From the NCBI RefSeq assembly GCF_049243625.1, contig NZ_CP046975.1: a stretch of DNA of 32,000 nucleotides. One strand, written 5' to 3'. The notes below the pieces were generated by a model. That model was not told the DNA's origin. It made no database searches and worked only from the letters and a program-made list of their open reading frames with translations. This document shows, piece by piece, positions 18,593 to 30,253 of the stretch; the stretch's first letter is position 1, and every line of letters starts with the position of its first letter. Made by a program: the position numbers and the translations under genes. The stretch is from Corynebacterium amycolatum. Lineage in GTDB: Bacteria > Actinomycetota > Actinomycetes > Mycobacteriales > Mycobacteriaceae.

Positions 18593-19523
18593 TCCCACGC
18601 CCGCAGAAAATAGCTCGCCGACGTTACCGGATTCCGTCCGTACTCTCGGCGAGCTGTTTCGCTATGCGCGTCGCACGCTTAACGACGCGGCGCTGGCTTC
18701 TCCGGATGCCGACGCACGGGCGCTATTTGCAGCCGCAGTCAATGCGGGACCGGCAGACATTATCTTCCGTGGAGACGAACCGTACACCGATGAGGCCGGT
18801 CGCAAGCATTTGGCAGAGATGCTGGCCCGCAGAGTGGCTCGTGAGCCACTGCAGCACATCATCGGTACAGCGCCGATGATGAGCCTGGAACTACAGGTTG
18901 GGCCCGGTGTTTTTGTGCCCCGGCCAGAGACGGAACTGCTTGCGCAGTGGGCAATCGATCGAGCCCGTGAACTGGTCGCAAGTGGCGTCGTCAAGCCGAA
19001 AATCGTTGACCTGTGTACCGGATCTGGGGCGCTGGCGTTGGCGATTGCCGACGCCGTACCCGAAGCGGACGTGGTGGCTGTAGAGCTCTCTGAGCGGGCA
19101 CGGGCGTGGGCTGCGAAGAACATCGAGACGTATGGCAATGGGCGTGTGCACCTAGTTTCTGGCGATGTCACGGATGTTCAGCTGATTGATGATGGCGGTG
19201 AGCTCGCAGATTGGGTAGGCGAGACCGACATTGTTGTGTCCAACCCTCCATATGTGCCCGAAGACACGGAGGTTGACCCCGAGGTGAGAGCTGATCCGCA
19301 CTCTGCGGTCTTTGGCGGCGATGATGGGCTAGATGTCATTCGACCTATGATTAACCTAGTGGATGCGCTGGTGCGGCCGGGTGGAGTCATCGGCATTGAG
19401 CACGATGACTCTTCGGGCAGTGATGTCAGTTCACTGCTGAAGGAAACCTGGGATTACGCTGATGTAGAGGTCCGCCGTGACTTTGCAGGCCGTGATCGTT
19501 TTACGGTGGGACGCAAGAATTGA
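18534..19523 (+). CDS. prmC: Release-factor glutamine N5-methyltransferase PrmC/HemK
   Basis: NPPY catalytic motif (VVSNPPYVP) and SAM-binding [12 protein letters not shown]. The start is uncertain: ATG 18534 (59-nt overlap with prfA) or TTG 18579 (14-nt overlap). No canonical in-frame start (ATG/GTG/TTG) follows the prfA stop in the N-terminal region I checked. Confidence 0.88.
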   Translation: MTCSRPSTTRSALSVLKPSSPTPAENSSPTLPDSVRTLGELFRYARRTLNDAALASPDADARALFAAAVNAGPADIIFRGDEPYTDEAGRKHLAEMLARRVAREPLQHIIGTAPMMSLELQVGPGVFVPRPETELLAQWAIDRARELVASGVVKPKIVDLCTGSGALALAIADAVPEADVVAVELSERARAWAAKNIETYGNGRVHLVSGDVTDVQLIDDGGELADWVGETDIVVSNPPYVPEDTEVDPEVRADPHSAVFGGDDGLDVIRPMINLVDALVRPGGVIGIEHDDSSGSDVSSLLKETWDYADVEVRRDFAGRDRFTVGRKN

Positions 19524-19560
19524 TCTTAAAAGCAAACTTTGAAGCAGGAGCAAAAATCTG

Positions 19561-20217
19561 ATGAGCAGGATTATGGACTGCAGCACAGATGAAAACCGCG
19601 AACGCGCAATTGCAGCAGCAGTAGATGCTGTGAAGGCAGGACGGCTGGTCGTAATGCCTACCGATACCGTCTACGGCCTTGGCTGCGATGCCTTTGATAA
19701 CCAGGCCGTTGCCTCCTTGCTGCGTGCTAAACACCGCGGCCCAGATATGCCGGTGCCGGTGCTGGTGGGTTCCTGGAGCACGATTGAGGGGCTCGTCCGC
19801 GAATACTCACCAGCTGCTCGCACGCTGGTGGAGGCTTTCTGGCCGGGTGGCCTTTCGCTGGTTGTGAACCAGGCGCCGAGCTTGCCGTGGAACCTTGGTG
19901 ATACCGCGGGTACGGTCATGCTGCGCATGCCGCTGCACCCAATCGCCATCGAGATTCTGCGCCGAACCGGTCCGATGGCGGTATCCAGCGCGAACATCTC
20001 CGGCCAGGCACCGGCCACCAATGCCGTGCGTGCCAAGCAGATGCTCGGTGGGGAAGCGGCTGTCTACGTCGACGGCGGCGAAGCCACGATTGGGACCCCA
20101 TCGACGATTGTCGATATCTCGACTCCGGTGCCGAGGATTCTGCGCGAAGGCGCTGTGTCGGCTGCGGCGGTTGCCGAGGTTTTGAGTACGACACCCGAGC
20201 GACTGCTGGGGCAGTAA
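19561..20217 (+). CDS. tsaC: L-threonylcarbamoyladenylate synthase (TsaC/Sua5/YwlC family)
   Basis: 218-aa ORF with SD gcaggag. Family motifs VVMPTDTVYGLGCDAF, LRAKHRGPDMPVPVLV, SSANISGQ. Confidence 0.9.
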   Translation: MSRIMDCSTDENRERAIAAAVDAVKAGRLVVMPTDTVYGLGCDAFDNQAVASLLRAKHRGPDMPVPVLVGSWSTIEGLVREYSPAARTLVEAFWPGGLSLVVNQAPSLPWNLGDTAGTVMLRMPLHPIAIEILRRTGPMAVSSANISGQAPATNAVRAKQMLGGEAAVYVDGGEATIGTPSTIVDISTPVPRILREGAVSAAAVAEVLSTTPERLLGQ

Positions 20218-20281
20218 TCTTGGCTACCTAAAGTCTTTCCTGTTTAGTATCTGCAGCGATTGTGTGGGTGAGTAGTACCTA

Positions 20282-21532
20282 GTGGCGGACATGAGCTTAT
20301 TGGCAGCCCAGTCGGGTGGGGCAGGTGTGCCCATCCGAGAGCTCGCCATGCTCGTTTTAGTTTCCGCTGCTGTCAGTTATTTGCTCACTGGAGTAGTGCG
20401 TTATGTGCTGGTTCGCTCGGGCTGGTTGGATGCGCCCCGCACGCGCGATGTCCACGATATTCCGAAGCCCAGGCTCGGAGGCGTGGCGATGTACTCCGGG
20501 GTGGTCGCAGCTATCGCCCTTGCCTCGGTGATGCCGGCTCTCACCCGTGGTTTTCCGCCCATGACTCCAGATATGAGGGCAGTTGTGGCGGCTGCGTCGC
20601 TATTGCTGATTGTCGGTATTTGGGATGATCTCTTTGACCTAGATGCCATCACTAAACTTATAGGGCAGGTTGCGGCGGCACTTTTGATGTCATTTATGGG
20701 TGTCAACTGGTATTTGCTCTATATCCCATTTAGTGGTGGTGCCACGCTTATTCTCGACCCAATCATGTCCACAGTCTTGACTGTTCTCTTTACTGTGGCG
20801 CTGATTAACGCCTTCAACTTTGTAGACGGCATCGATGGTCTCGCGGCGGGACTCGGTATGATTGCCGCGGCGGCAATCCTTGTCTATTCGATGGTCATGC
20901 TCCACGACCAAGGCGGCACCGTCTCTGCCTATCCACCCGCGATGATTTCCGCGTGTCTCCTTGGCGCTTGCCTGGGCTTCTTGCCGCACAACTTCGAGCC
21001 GGCACGCATTTTTATGGGTGATTCCGGCGCCATGATGATTGGCCTGCTTCTCGCAGCGGCATCGGTGTCGGCGTCGGGACGCATCGCGCCCTCCATGTAC
21101 GGCACTGCCGACGTCATCGCCCTGATCTCACCGATTGTGGTCGTCATCGCCGCAATTAGTGTGCCAATGCTCGACTTGCTGCTGGCTGTTGTTCGCCGCG
21201 TTAGCCAGGGCAAGTCACCCTTCTCGCCGGACAAAATGCATATTCACCACCGACTACTGTCGATGGGACACAGTCACCGCCGCGTGGTATTGGTGCTCTA
21301 CCTATGGGTGTCGGTCGTCGCGTACGCCGCCGTTGCCACCACCGTTTTCCCCTTCGAATTCGTTGCTCTCACCTTTGGGTTCCTGCTCATTGTTGCGGTT
21401 ATCTTCACCCTCCGCCGTCGCAATGCGCTTGCCGACGACCGTTCAAGCGGAGCGCGTCCAAGACGGGGAAGTGGGGGCCGGCAGGTTATGGGACGTCGAC
21501 GTGGACGCAGAAGGTACAATCTTCGACCGTGA
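20282..21532 (+). CDS. wecA: Undecaprenyl-phosphate GlcNAc-1-phosphate transferase (WecA/Rfe, MraY-like glycosyltransferase family 4)
   Basis: 416-aa polytopic membrane ORF with the family motif NAFNFVDGIDGLAAG and FMGDSGAMMIG. Its position between tsaC and the atp cluster matches mycobacterial rfe/wecA. The start is GTG 20282 or ATG 20291. The C-terminal ~39 aa are Arg-rich. Confidence 0.9.
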   Translation: MADMSLLAAQSGGAGVPIRELAMLVLVSAAVSYLLTGVVRYVLVRSGWLDAPRTRDVHDIPKPRLGGVAMYSGVVAAIALASVMPALTRGFPPMTPDMRAVVAAASLLLIVGIWDDLFDLDAITKLIGQVAAALLMSFMGVNWYLLYIPFSGGATLILDPIMSTVLTVLFTVALINAFNFVDGIDGLAAGLGMIAAAAILVYSMVMLHDQGGTVSAYPPAMISACLLGACLGFLPHNFEPARIFMGDSGAMMIGLLLAAASVSASGRIAPSMYGTADVIALISPIVVVIAAISVPMLDLLLAVVRRVSQGKSPFSPDKMHIHHRLLSMGHSHRRVVLVLYLWVSVVAYAAVATTVFPFEFVALTFGFLLIVAVIFTLRRRNALADDRSSGARPRRGSGGRQVMGRRRGRRRYNLRP

Positions 21533-21978
21533 CTGAAAAAACAACTCCGGAGCCCGAGTCTAAATACGACGATTCGCGGCGACCGCTGCTGGCTGCTGCT
21601 CGCTCGGGCGCAATTGCGCTCGCTGTGATTACCGTGCTTTCGCTGCTGGTCTGGGGTGGAAAAAACGGTATGCCCGGCGTGTGGGGCGTACTCCTTGGCG
21701 CGGGCATTAGCGGAACCTTCGTATTGCTTACCGTTCTAGGCATCCTCTTTACTGCTCGAACTTCCCCGTCTGTCACGCTCGCTGTTGTGCTGGGGGGCTG
21801 GCTGTTGAAGATTGTGGTGCTAATTGGCGTCTTGGTCGTTATTAGAAATCTTGAGTTTTATGACAACATGACTTTCTTCGTCACTGTTGTACTTACGCTG
21901 ATGGTGACGCTTGGCGCAGAAGTGTGGGGAATGTCGCAATCTAACCTCACTTATGTGCAACCAATGAAGGACGAATAG
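21529..21978 (+). CDS. Small integral membrane protein preceding the atp operon (AtpI-like / Rv1303-like)
   Basis: The ORF track opens at 21304 inside wecA. I prefer GTG 21529, which overlaps the wecA stop (GTGA). That gives 149 aa with about four hydrophobic helices (AIALAVITVLSLLVWGG, VWGVLLGAGISGTFVLLTVLGILF, LAVVLGGWLLKIVVLIGVLVVI, FFVTVVLTLMVTLGAEVWG). The call rests on position and topology only. Confidence 0.6.
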   Translation: MTEKTTPEPESKYDDSRRPLLAAARSGAIALAVITVLSLLVWGGKNGMPGVWGVLLGAGISGTFVLLTVLGILFTARTSPSVTLAVVLGGWLLKIVVLIGVLVVIRNLEFYDNMTFFVTVVLTLMVTLGAEVWGMSQSNLTYVQPMKDE

Positions 21979-22077
21979 CTCGTTAATAACTTGTTGACCT
22001 GCTGAGAGGCTGTAATGCGCTTCTAAAACCGCAGGTAATAAGCAGATTGCCGAGTTTGTGCAGAAGATGCCACAAAT

Positions 22078-22120
22078 AGAGGCCGAAACCCACAGAGGGT
22101 GTCGGCCTCTTTGTTGGTTT
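22078..22120 (+). terminator. Rho-independent terminator downstream of the AtpI-like gene
   Basis: Perfect 9-bp stem agaggccga (22078-22086) / tcggcctct (22102-22110) with a 15-nt loop, followed by ttgttggttt. Confidence 0.65.
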
Positions 22121-22368
22121 CGGGGTCGGAAACACGGGGGTGTACCGGGTGGGGAAAATGAGTCAGAACTGTTATCCTGAGTTTCGGGTAAGACGGCCTG
22201 TATCGAAATAACTATCATTTCCACAGGTACGGTCCCCGTGAGCGCCGTGCTGATGAGCGAATGGAATCCGCGGCGCGACACGTTAAATGACGTCCTTCGC
22301 ACCGCTTGACAATAGTTCTAGCGGCCCAATCACGGGAGAGAACGCTGAGCGTTACAACACTTGCCGAG

Positions 22369-23163
22369 ATGCGGGGTGAGTTTCACTCACCCAACTTGCA
22401 GGAGGAGTATTTCCCGGGTGAACAATTTGGCGACTTCATCTTAGGTGGCAGTGGCGACTGGTACGCCATGGATCGTCTGATGATTGTTCGTCTTTTGATG
22501 GCCGTGATCGTCGCCGTGTTCTTCGTCGTCGCAATGCGTCGTCCGAAGCTCGTGCCGACTGGTCTGCAGAACGTTGCGGAGTTGATGCTGGACTTCGTCC
22601 GCATCCACATCGCGGAGGAGATTCTGGGTAAGAAGGAGGGGCGTCGTTTCCTTCCGGTTCTGGCCACCATCTTCTTCCTTGTTATCTCGATGAATATTGC
22701 GGCTATTATTCCTGGCCTCAATATTTCGCCGAACGCCCGAATCGGTATGCCACTGGTTCTGGCCCTGTTCGCATACGTTGCCTTCATTTACGCAGGCTCG
22801 AAGAAGATGGGCTTCTTCAAGTTTGTGAAGTCGGCAGTTGTTATTCCGAACTTGCCACCGGTACTCCACCTCATCGTGGTGCCGATCGAGATTTTCTCCA
22901 ACTTCGTTCTCCGCCCAGTTACGCTGACCATCCGTCTGATGGCCAACATGCTGGCGGGCCACATGGTTCTAGTCCTGCTTTTCGGTGCCACGAACTTCTT
23001 CTTCTGGCAGCTGAATGGTTGGACCGCCCTGTCCGGGTTGACCCTTGTCGCTGCGGTAGCATTCACGCTGTTCGAGATGCTGGTGATTTTCCTGCAGGCA
23101 TACATCTTTGCCCTGCTGAGCGCCGTCTACATCGAACTGTCGCTGCACGCAGACGAGCACTAA
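22369..23163 (+). CDS. atpB: F0F1 ATP synthase subunit a
   Basis: ATG 22369 gives 264 aa starting MRGEFHSPNLQEEYFPG, similar to what I recall of corynebacterial AtpB. The ORF track starts at TTG 22306. The conserved essential Arg region LRPVTLTIRLMANMLAGH and the C-terminal FLQAYIFALLSAVYI are present. Confidence 0.9.
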   Translation: MRGEFHSPNLQEEYFPGEQFGDFILGGSGDWYAMDRLMIVRLLMAVIVAVFFVVAMRRPKLVPTGLQNVAELMLDFVRIHIAEEILGKKEGRRFLPVLATIFFLVISMNIAAIIPGLNISPNARIGMPLVLALFAYVAFIYAGSKKMGFFKFVKSAVVIPNLPPVLHLIVVPIEIFSNFVLRPVTLTIRLMANMLAGHMVLVLLFGATNFFFWQLNGWTALSGLTLVAAVAFTLFEMLVIFLQAYIFALLSAVYIELSLHADEH

Positions 23164-23285
23164 CCCATAACTAATGAGGCCGCACATTCGGCAACAAGGC
23201 CTCGCCAATTTAATAGCAAGACCCACTTGACCCACAAAGCCCCGGGCCTACTTAGAACAATCTTTAATCCGGGGCCATCCTTTAA

Positions 23286-23555
<270 letters not shown>

Positions 23556-23587
23556 GTCCGGACCTTCAAGCGGAGAACACGTAAACC

Positions 23588-24151
23588 ATGACAGATTTCA
23601 CCTTTTTGCTAGCGGCGGGTGACCTCCCGATGGGAGAGTCCGTTGACCCGTTGCTGCCAAAGACCTATGACATCGTCTGGTCCGTTGTCCCGCTGGTAGT
23701 TATCCTGGTTCTCTTCTGGAAGCTCGTTCTTCCGAAGTTCCAGGAGGTCCTGACCGAGCGGGAGGACCGGATTGAGGGCGGCATTGAGCGCGCTGAGGCT
23801 GCACAGGCCGAGGCGAAGGCCGCTCTGGAAAAGTACAACAGTCAGCTCGCAGAGGCCCGTACTGAAGCAGCAAAGATTCGCGACGAAGCCCGTGCACAGG
23901 GCCAGCGCATCATTGCAGACGCTACGACCAAGGCCAATGACGAGAGCGCACGAATCATCGAGTCCGGTGAAAAGCAGCTCGCTGCCCAGCGTGAGCAGGT
24001 AGTCGCAGAGCTGCGCAAGGAAATGGGCCAGAACTCCATCAATCTGGCTGAGCGCCTTCTGGGCGAGCAGCTCTCCGACGACGTTCGTAACTCGTCGACG
24101 ATTGATAACTTCTTGTCCAACCTTGACACCGTGGCCCCGGCCGGAAAGTAG
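23588..24151 (+). CDS. atpF: F0F1 ATP synthase subunit b
   Basis: 187 aa with one N-terminal TM helix ([20 protein letters not shown]) followed by a long charged coiled-coil ([33 protein letters not shown]). Confidence 0.92.
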   Translation: MTDFTFLLAAGDLPMGESVDPLLPKTYDIVWSVVPLVVILVLFWKLVLPKFQEVLTEREDRIEGGIERAEAAQAEAKAALEKYNSQLAEARTEAAKIRDEARAQGQRIIADATTKANDESARIIESGEKQLAAQREQVVAELRKEMGQNSINLAERLLGEQLSDDVRNSSTIDNFLSNLDTVAPAGK

Positions 24152-24156
24152 GCGAC

Positions 24157-24975
24157 ATGCACGCAGCAAGCCGCGAATCCCTGGCAGCCCTTAGCCAGCG
24201 ACTGGACGCCGCTATCGGTGGCGACAATGTTGCTGTTACTCAGGCTGCTCAGACTGGTTCCGAGCTTTTCGACATCGTCGAGGTCCTGGACTCCGACCGC
24301 GGCCTGCGTGTCGCTGTCGCCGACACCTCGGCGACTGCGGAACAGCGTTCCGGCCTTGTCCGGAGCCTGTTCGCGGGCAAGGTATCTGAGACGACTCTTA
24401 ACCTCGTCGTGGATGCTGCCGCGCAGGTATGGTCCACCCCGCGTGAAATGCGTGAGGGTTTGGTAGAGCTGGGCCGTCGCGCCCTCCTTCGCTCTGCCGA
24501 AGGCCAGGGACAGCTTGAGACTGTTGAGTCTGAGCTGTTCCAACTGGGACACATCCTGGCTGAGCAGTCGCAGCTTGAACAGCTGCTGGCCGACAAGGCC
24601 GCAACCCCCGAAGCCAAGCGTGGGCTCCTCGCCTCTGTGCTGTACGGCAAGGTCACTTCCGTGACCGAGACCCTGGCACTGCAGGCTGTTGGTCGCCCAT
24701 CCAAGCGCCCCGCGGACGACATTGACTCCCTGTCCCGGCTAGCCGCCGGCCTGCGGAACCACGTCGTCGCTCGCGTGACCAGTGCCACGGCCGTCTCTGA
24801 CGAGCAAGAGCGAGCACTGGCGGACAAGCTCGGCCGAGTCTACGGCAAGGCGATGTCCATCCACACCGTGATCGATAAGTCGATTCTCGGTGGACTGGTC
24901 ATCCGGGTTGGCGACGAGGTCATCGACGGTAGCCTTTCAACAAAGCTTGAGAAGCTGCGCGTCGGCCTCGGCTGA
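24157..24975 (+). CDS. atpH: F0F1 ATP synthase subunit delta (OSCP family, long actinobacterial form)
   Basis: 272 aa. The C-terminal OSCP-like end is ...ILGGLVIRVGDEVIDGSLSTKLEKLR. It lies between atpF and atpA and is longer than the canonical ~180-aa delta. Confidence 0.9.
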   Translation: MHAASRESLAALSQRLDAAIGGDNVAVTQAAQTGSELFDIVEVLDSDRGLRVAVADTSATAEQRSGLVRSLFAGKVSETTLNLVVDAAAQVWSTPREMREGLVELGRRALLRSAEGQGQLETVESELFQLGHILAEQSQLEQLLADKAATPEAKRGLLASVLYGKVTSVTETLALQAVGRPSKRPADDIDSLSRLAAGLRNHVVARVTSATAVSDEQERALADKLGRVYGKAMSIHTVIDKSILGGLVIRVGDEVIDGSLSTKLEKLRVGLG

Positions 24976-25029
24976 CGGATGGTTTAGACGATTAATCACT
25001 GGAAGAATATTACCGAGAGCAGGAAGAAC

Positions 25030-26673
25030 ATGGCGGAGCTGACGATCTCCTCCGACGAGATCCGTAGCGCGATTGCGAACTACACCTCGAGCTACTCCCC
25101 GGAGGCCTCCCGCGAGGAGGTTGGCGTTGTTATCAGTGCAGCTGATGGTATCGCCCAGGTTTCGGGAATGCCGTCGGTCATGACGAATGAGCTTCTGGAG
25201 TTCCCGGGCGGCGTTATTGGCGTCGCTCAGAACCTCGACACCGACAAGGTCGGCGTTGTGGTGCTGGGTAACTTCGAGTCGCTTAAAGAGGGTGACGAGG
25301 TAAAGCGGACGGGTGACGTCCTTTCGATTCCGGTCGGGGACAAGTTCCTCGGTCGCGTAATTAACCCCCTGGGCCAGCCGATTGACGGCCTGGGCGACAT
25401 TGAGGCTGAAGAGGACCGCGTCCTCGAGCTGCAGGCACCGACCGTGCTGCAGCGTCAGCCGGTTGAAGAGCCGATGGCTACTGGTATTAAGGCCATCGAC
25501 GCAATGACCCCAATTGGTCGTGGTCAGCGTCAGCTGATCATTGGTGACCGTAAGACCGGTAAGACCGCGGTCTGCCTGGACACCATTTTGAACCAGAAGG
25601 CTAACTGGGAGTCCGGTGACCCGAGCAAGCAGGTGCGATGCATCTACGTTGCTATCGGTCAGAAGGGCTCCACTATTGCTGGTGTGCGTCAGACCCTCGA
25701 GGAGCAGGGCGCACTCGAGTACACCACCATCGTTGCTGCCCCGGCGTCGGATGCCGCAGGCTTCAAGTGGCTTGCACCATTCGCAGGCGCCGCACTGGGT
25801 CAGCACTGGATGTACCAGGGCAAGCACGTCCTGGTCATCTACGATGATTTGACTAAGCAGGCAGAGGCCTACCGTGCCATCTCGCTGCTGCTGCGTCGCC
25901 CGCCGGGACGCGAAGCTTACCCGGGTGACGTCTTCTACCTCCACTCCCGTCTGCTGGAGCGTGCTGCGAAGCTCTCCGACGACATGGGTGCAGGCTCGCT
26001 GACCGCACTGCCGATCATCGAGACCAAGGCAAACGACGTGTCGGCCTTCATTCCGACCAACGTCATTTCCATTACCGACGGCCAGGTCTTCCTCGAGTCC
26101 GACCTGTTCAACCAGGGTGTCCGCCCGGCTATTAACGTCGGTGTGTCGGTTTCCCGTGTTGGTGGTGCCGCACAGACCAAGGGCATGAAGAAGGTTTCCG
26201 GTAACCTGCGTCTGGACCTCGCGTCCTACCGCGACCTGGAAGCATTCGCAATGTTCGCTTCCGACCTGGACGATGCCTCCAAGCGTCAGCTGGAGCGCGG
26301 TCAGCGTCTGGTTGAGCTGCTGAAGCAGAAGGAAAACCACCCGCAGCCGGTCGAGTACCAGATGACCTCCATCTACCTCGCTGGTGAGGGCGAATTCGAC
26401 GATGTCCCGGTTGAGGATGTCCGTCGCTTCGAGGCCGAGCTGCTTGAGCACCTGCAGGACACTCAGCCTGCAGTCTTCGAGCAGATTGACGGCGGCGTTG
26501 CCTTCTCTGACGAGTCCAAGGCGGCTCTGAAGTCCGCTACCGCTAACTTCAAGAAGTCCTTCCAGACTTCTGAGGGCGCACCGCTGGCTTCCGAGGCCCC
26601 GGTCGAGGCACTCGACGAGGACGAGCTCAAGAAGCAGCAGATTACGGTCTCCCGCAAGACTGCCCAGAACTAG
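25030..26673 (+). CDS. atpA: F0F1 ATP synthase subunit alpha
   Basis: 547 aa. Walker A GDRKTGKT, plus the strongly conserved blocks [20 protein letters not shown] and [23 protein letters not shown]. Confidence 0.97.
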   Translation: MAELTISSDEIRSAIANYTSSYSPEASREEVGVVISAADGIAQVSGMPSVMTNELLEFPGGVIGVAQNLDTDKVGVVVLGNFESLKEGDEVKRTGDVLSIPVGDKFLGRVINPLGQPIDGLGDIEAEEDRVLELQAPTVLQRQPVEEPMATGIKAIDAMTPIGRGQRQLIIGDRKTGKTAVCLDTILNQKANWESGDPSKQVRCIYVAIGQKGSTIAGVRQTLEEQGALEYTTIVAAPASDAAGFKWLAPFAGAALGQHWMYQGKHVLVIYDDLTKQAEAYRAISLLLRRPPGREAYPGDVFYLHSRLLERAAKLSDDMGAGSLTALPIIETKANDVSAFIPTNVISITDGQVFLESDLFNQGVRPAINVGVSVSRVGGAAQTKGMKKVSGNLRLDLASYRDLEAFAMFASDLDDASKRQLERGQRLVELLKQKENHPQPVEYQMTSIYLAGEGEFDDVPVEDVRRFEAELLEHLQDTQPAVFEQIDGGVAFSDESKAALKSATANFKKSFQTSEGAPLASEAPVEALDEDELKKQQITVSRKTAQN

Positions 26674-26726
26674 GCAGGTTGAGCTATTCAATGACCGTTT
26701 TCGCAATTGAAGGGAGGGAATAGGAC

Positions 26727-29149
<2,423 letters not shown>

Positions 29150-29160
29150 GGGGCATCCTC

Positions 29161-29532
29161 ATGGCTGAAATCACCGCTGAACTGGTTGCTGTTGAGCGAC
29201 CGCTCTGGAAGGGTAAGGCCACTTTGGTCTCTGCTCAGACCACCGAGGGTGAGATCGGCGTGCTGCCCGGACACCAGCCGTTGCTTGGCCAGCTGGTCAA
29301 CAACGGTACGGTGACCATCAAGACCGCAGACGGCAAGGTTCTTGTCGCTTCGGTACAGGGTGGGTTCATTTCCGTGTCTACCTCGAAGGTTTCGATCCTC
29401 GCGGATAAGGCAATCTGGGCTGACGAGGTTAACCTCTCCGAGGCCGAGTCCAACCTGACTTCGGATGACCCTGCAGTAAAGGCACAGGCTGAGTCGGAGG
29501 TTCGCGCGGCTCGTCGCGCTTCCACCAAGTAG
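29161..29532 (+). CDS. atpC: F0F1 ATP synthase subunit epsilon
   Basis: 123 aa. Beta-sandwich N-terminal part with [13 protein letters not shown] and a short helical C-terminus. It is the last gene of the atp cluster. Confidence 0.93.
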   Translation: MAEITAELVAVERPLWKGKATLVSAQTTEGEIGVLPGHQPLLGQLVNNGTVTIKTADGKVLVASVQGGFISVSTSKVSILADKAIWADEVNLSEAESNLTSDDPAVKAQAESEVRAARRASTK

Positions 29533-29582
29533 TCTGTTCGCCTGAACATCCGGTCGCACGACCGTATTCTTCCTGCTTCTTT

Positions 29583-29640
29583 AAACGGGGCGGGGAGCTC
29601 GCAAGAGAAATCTTGCGAGCTCCCCGCCCCGTTTTTCTTA
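29583..29640 (+). terminator. Very strong rho-independent terminator of the atp operon
   Basis: Perfect 24-bp stem aaacggggcggggagctcgcaaga (29583-29606) / tcttgcgagctccccgccccgttt (29611-29634) with a GAAA tetraloop. T residues run into ttctta. A-run before and T-run after, so it is potentially bidirectional. Confidence 0.92.
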
Positions 29641-29650
29641 GTTATTTTTC

Positions 29651-30253
29651 ATGTCAGTGCAACAATCGGGTAGGGTTTGTAAAAAGCCTCTAATGCGCTT
29701 TTGGACCAAGGTTCGTCGTCTATTCACCCGGATGCGAGGCTGGCAGATAGTGTTTTCAAGCGTAACCATGATGTCAATGATGCTCATGATTATCGGTGCG
29801 ATGTTAATCGTCGGCGGGGCGCTTGCCCTGTGGCGTTTTGCTAGCCTGCATGCAAAAGGTACCCCTGTTATCGCTCGTCGTCTTCCTGCCGGTGATGGCA
29901 GTCACTGGCGCCATGGAGTCATGGTTTATTCAGAGTCGACGTTGAAGATGTACAAGCTACGTTCGCTGCGTCCTGGCTGTGATGCCGAATTTGCCCGTCA
30001 CGATGTCACTATTGTGGATCGCCGAAATCCGACTGACATCGAGGCGGGTTTTTTCGCGCCCGGGCTTCGGGTAGTCAGGATTAAATCGGGGAAAAATACC
30101 GAATGGGAGTTTGCCGTGGACTCGTCCTCGGACACCGCGCTGGTGGCGTGGGTGGAGTCGAAGCCGTCGTCACGCCAGACTCGTGAGTTTCCTACAGATA
30201 TTGAGCGACGTTTTCGTTCGGCTTATAACCGCGGCCGGGGAAGCCAGTACTAG
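29651..30253 (+). CDS. DUF2550-family membrane-anchored protein (Rv1312-like), function unknown
   Basis: It has one hydrophobic helix (MMSMMLMIIGAMLIVGGALALW) followed by a domain with ...GDGSHWRHGVMVYSESTLKMYKLRSLRPG...DIEAGFFAPGLRVVRIKSG...EFAVDSSSDTALVAWVESKPS. This fits my memory of the DUF2550 family found after atpC in actinobacteria. The start is uncertain (ATG 29651, 29693, 29732 or 29768), and none has a clear SD. Confidence 0.65.
   Translation: MSVQQSGRVCKKPLMRFWTKVRRLFTRMRGWQIVFSSVTMMSMMLMIIGAMLIVGGALALWRFASLHAKGTPVIARRLPAGDGSHWRHGVMVYSESTLKMYKLRSLRPGCDAEFARHDVTIVDRRNPTDIEAGFFAPGLRVVRIKSGKNTEWEFAVDSSSDTALVAWVESKPSSRQTREFPTDIERRFRSAYNRGRGSQY

Noticed and set aside
21304-21528. N-terminal 75-codon extension of the AtpI-like ORF as listed in the ORF track.
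   Set aside because: The extension lies entirely inside wecA in another frame and translates to an R/C/H/P-rich non-protein-like string. GTG 21529, overlapping the wecA stop, gives a sensible membrane protein.
21820-22302. 160-aa minus-strand ORF in the gap upstream of atpB.
   Set aside because: It overlaps the 3' end of the AtpI-like gene and runs across the plus-strand terminator hairpin. It has no SD, no motif, and the composition of translated intergenic DNA.
22306-22334. Perfect TTGACA hexamer as the -35 box of the atp promoter.
   Set aside because: No TAnnnT-type -10 hexamer lies 16-19 nt downstream (atcacg or tcacgg at that distance). It is kept only as a note inside the finding on the atpB upstream gap.
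24937-26706. 589-aa minus-strand ORF antisense to atpA. Similar long antisense ORFs occur at 27722-28702 (atpD), 17516-18598 (prfA), 7773-8756 (argS), 11278-12111 (hom), 12271-12924 (thrB) and 2295-2951 (permease).
   Set aside because: Each lies opposite a highly conserved housekeeping gene. All are stop-poor because of GC3 bias on the sense strand, and none shows start-site context or a motif. They are shadow ORFs.
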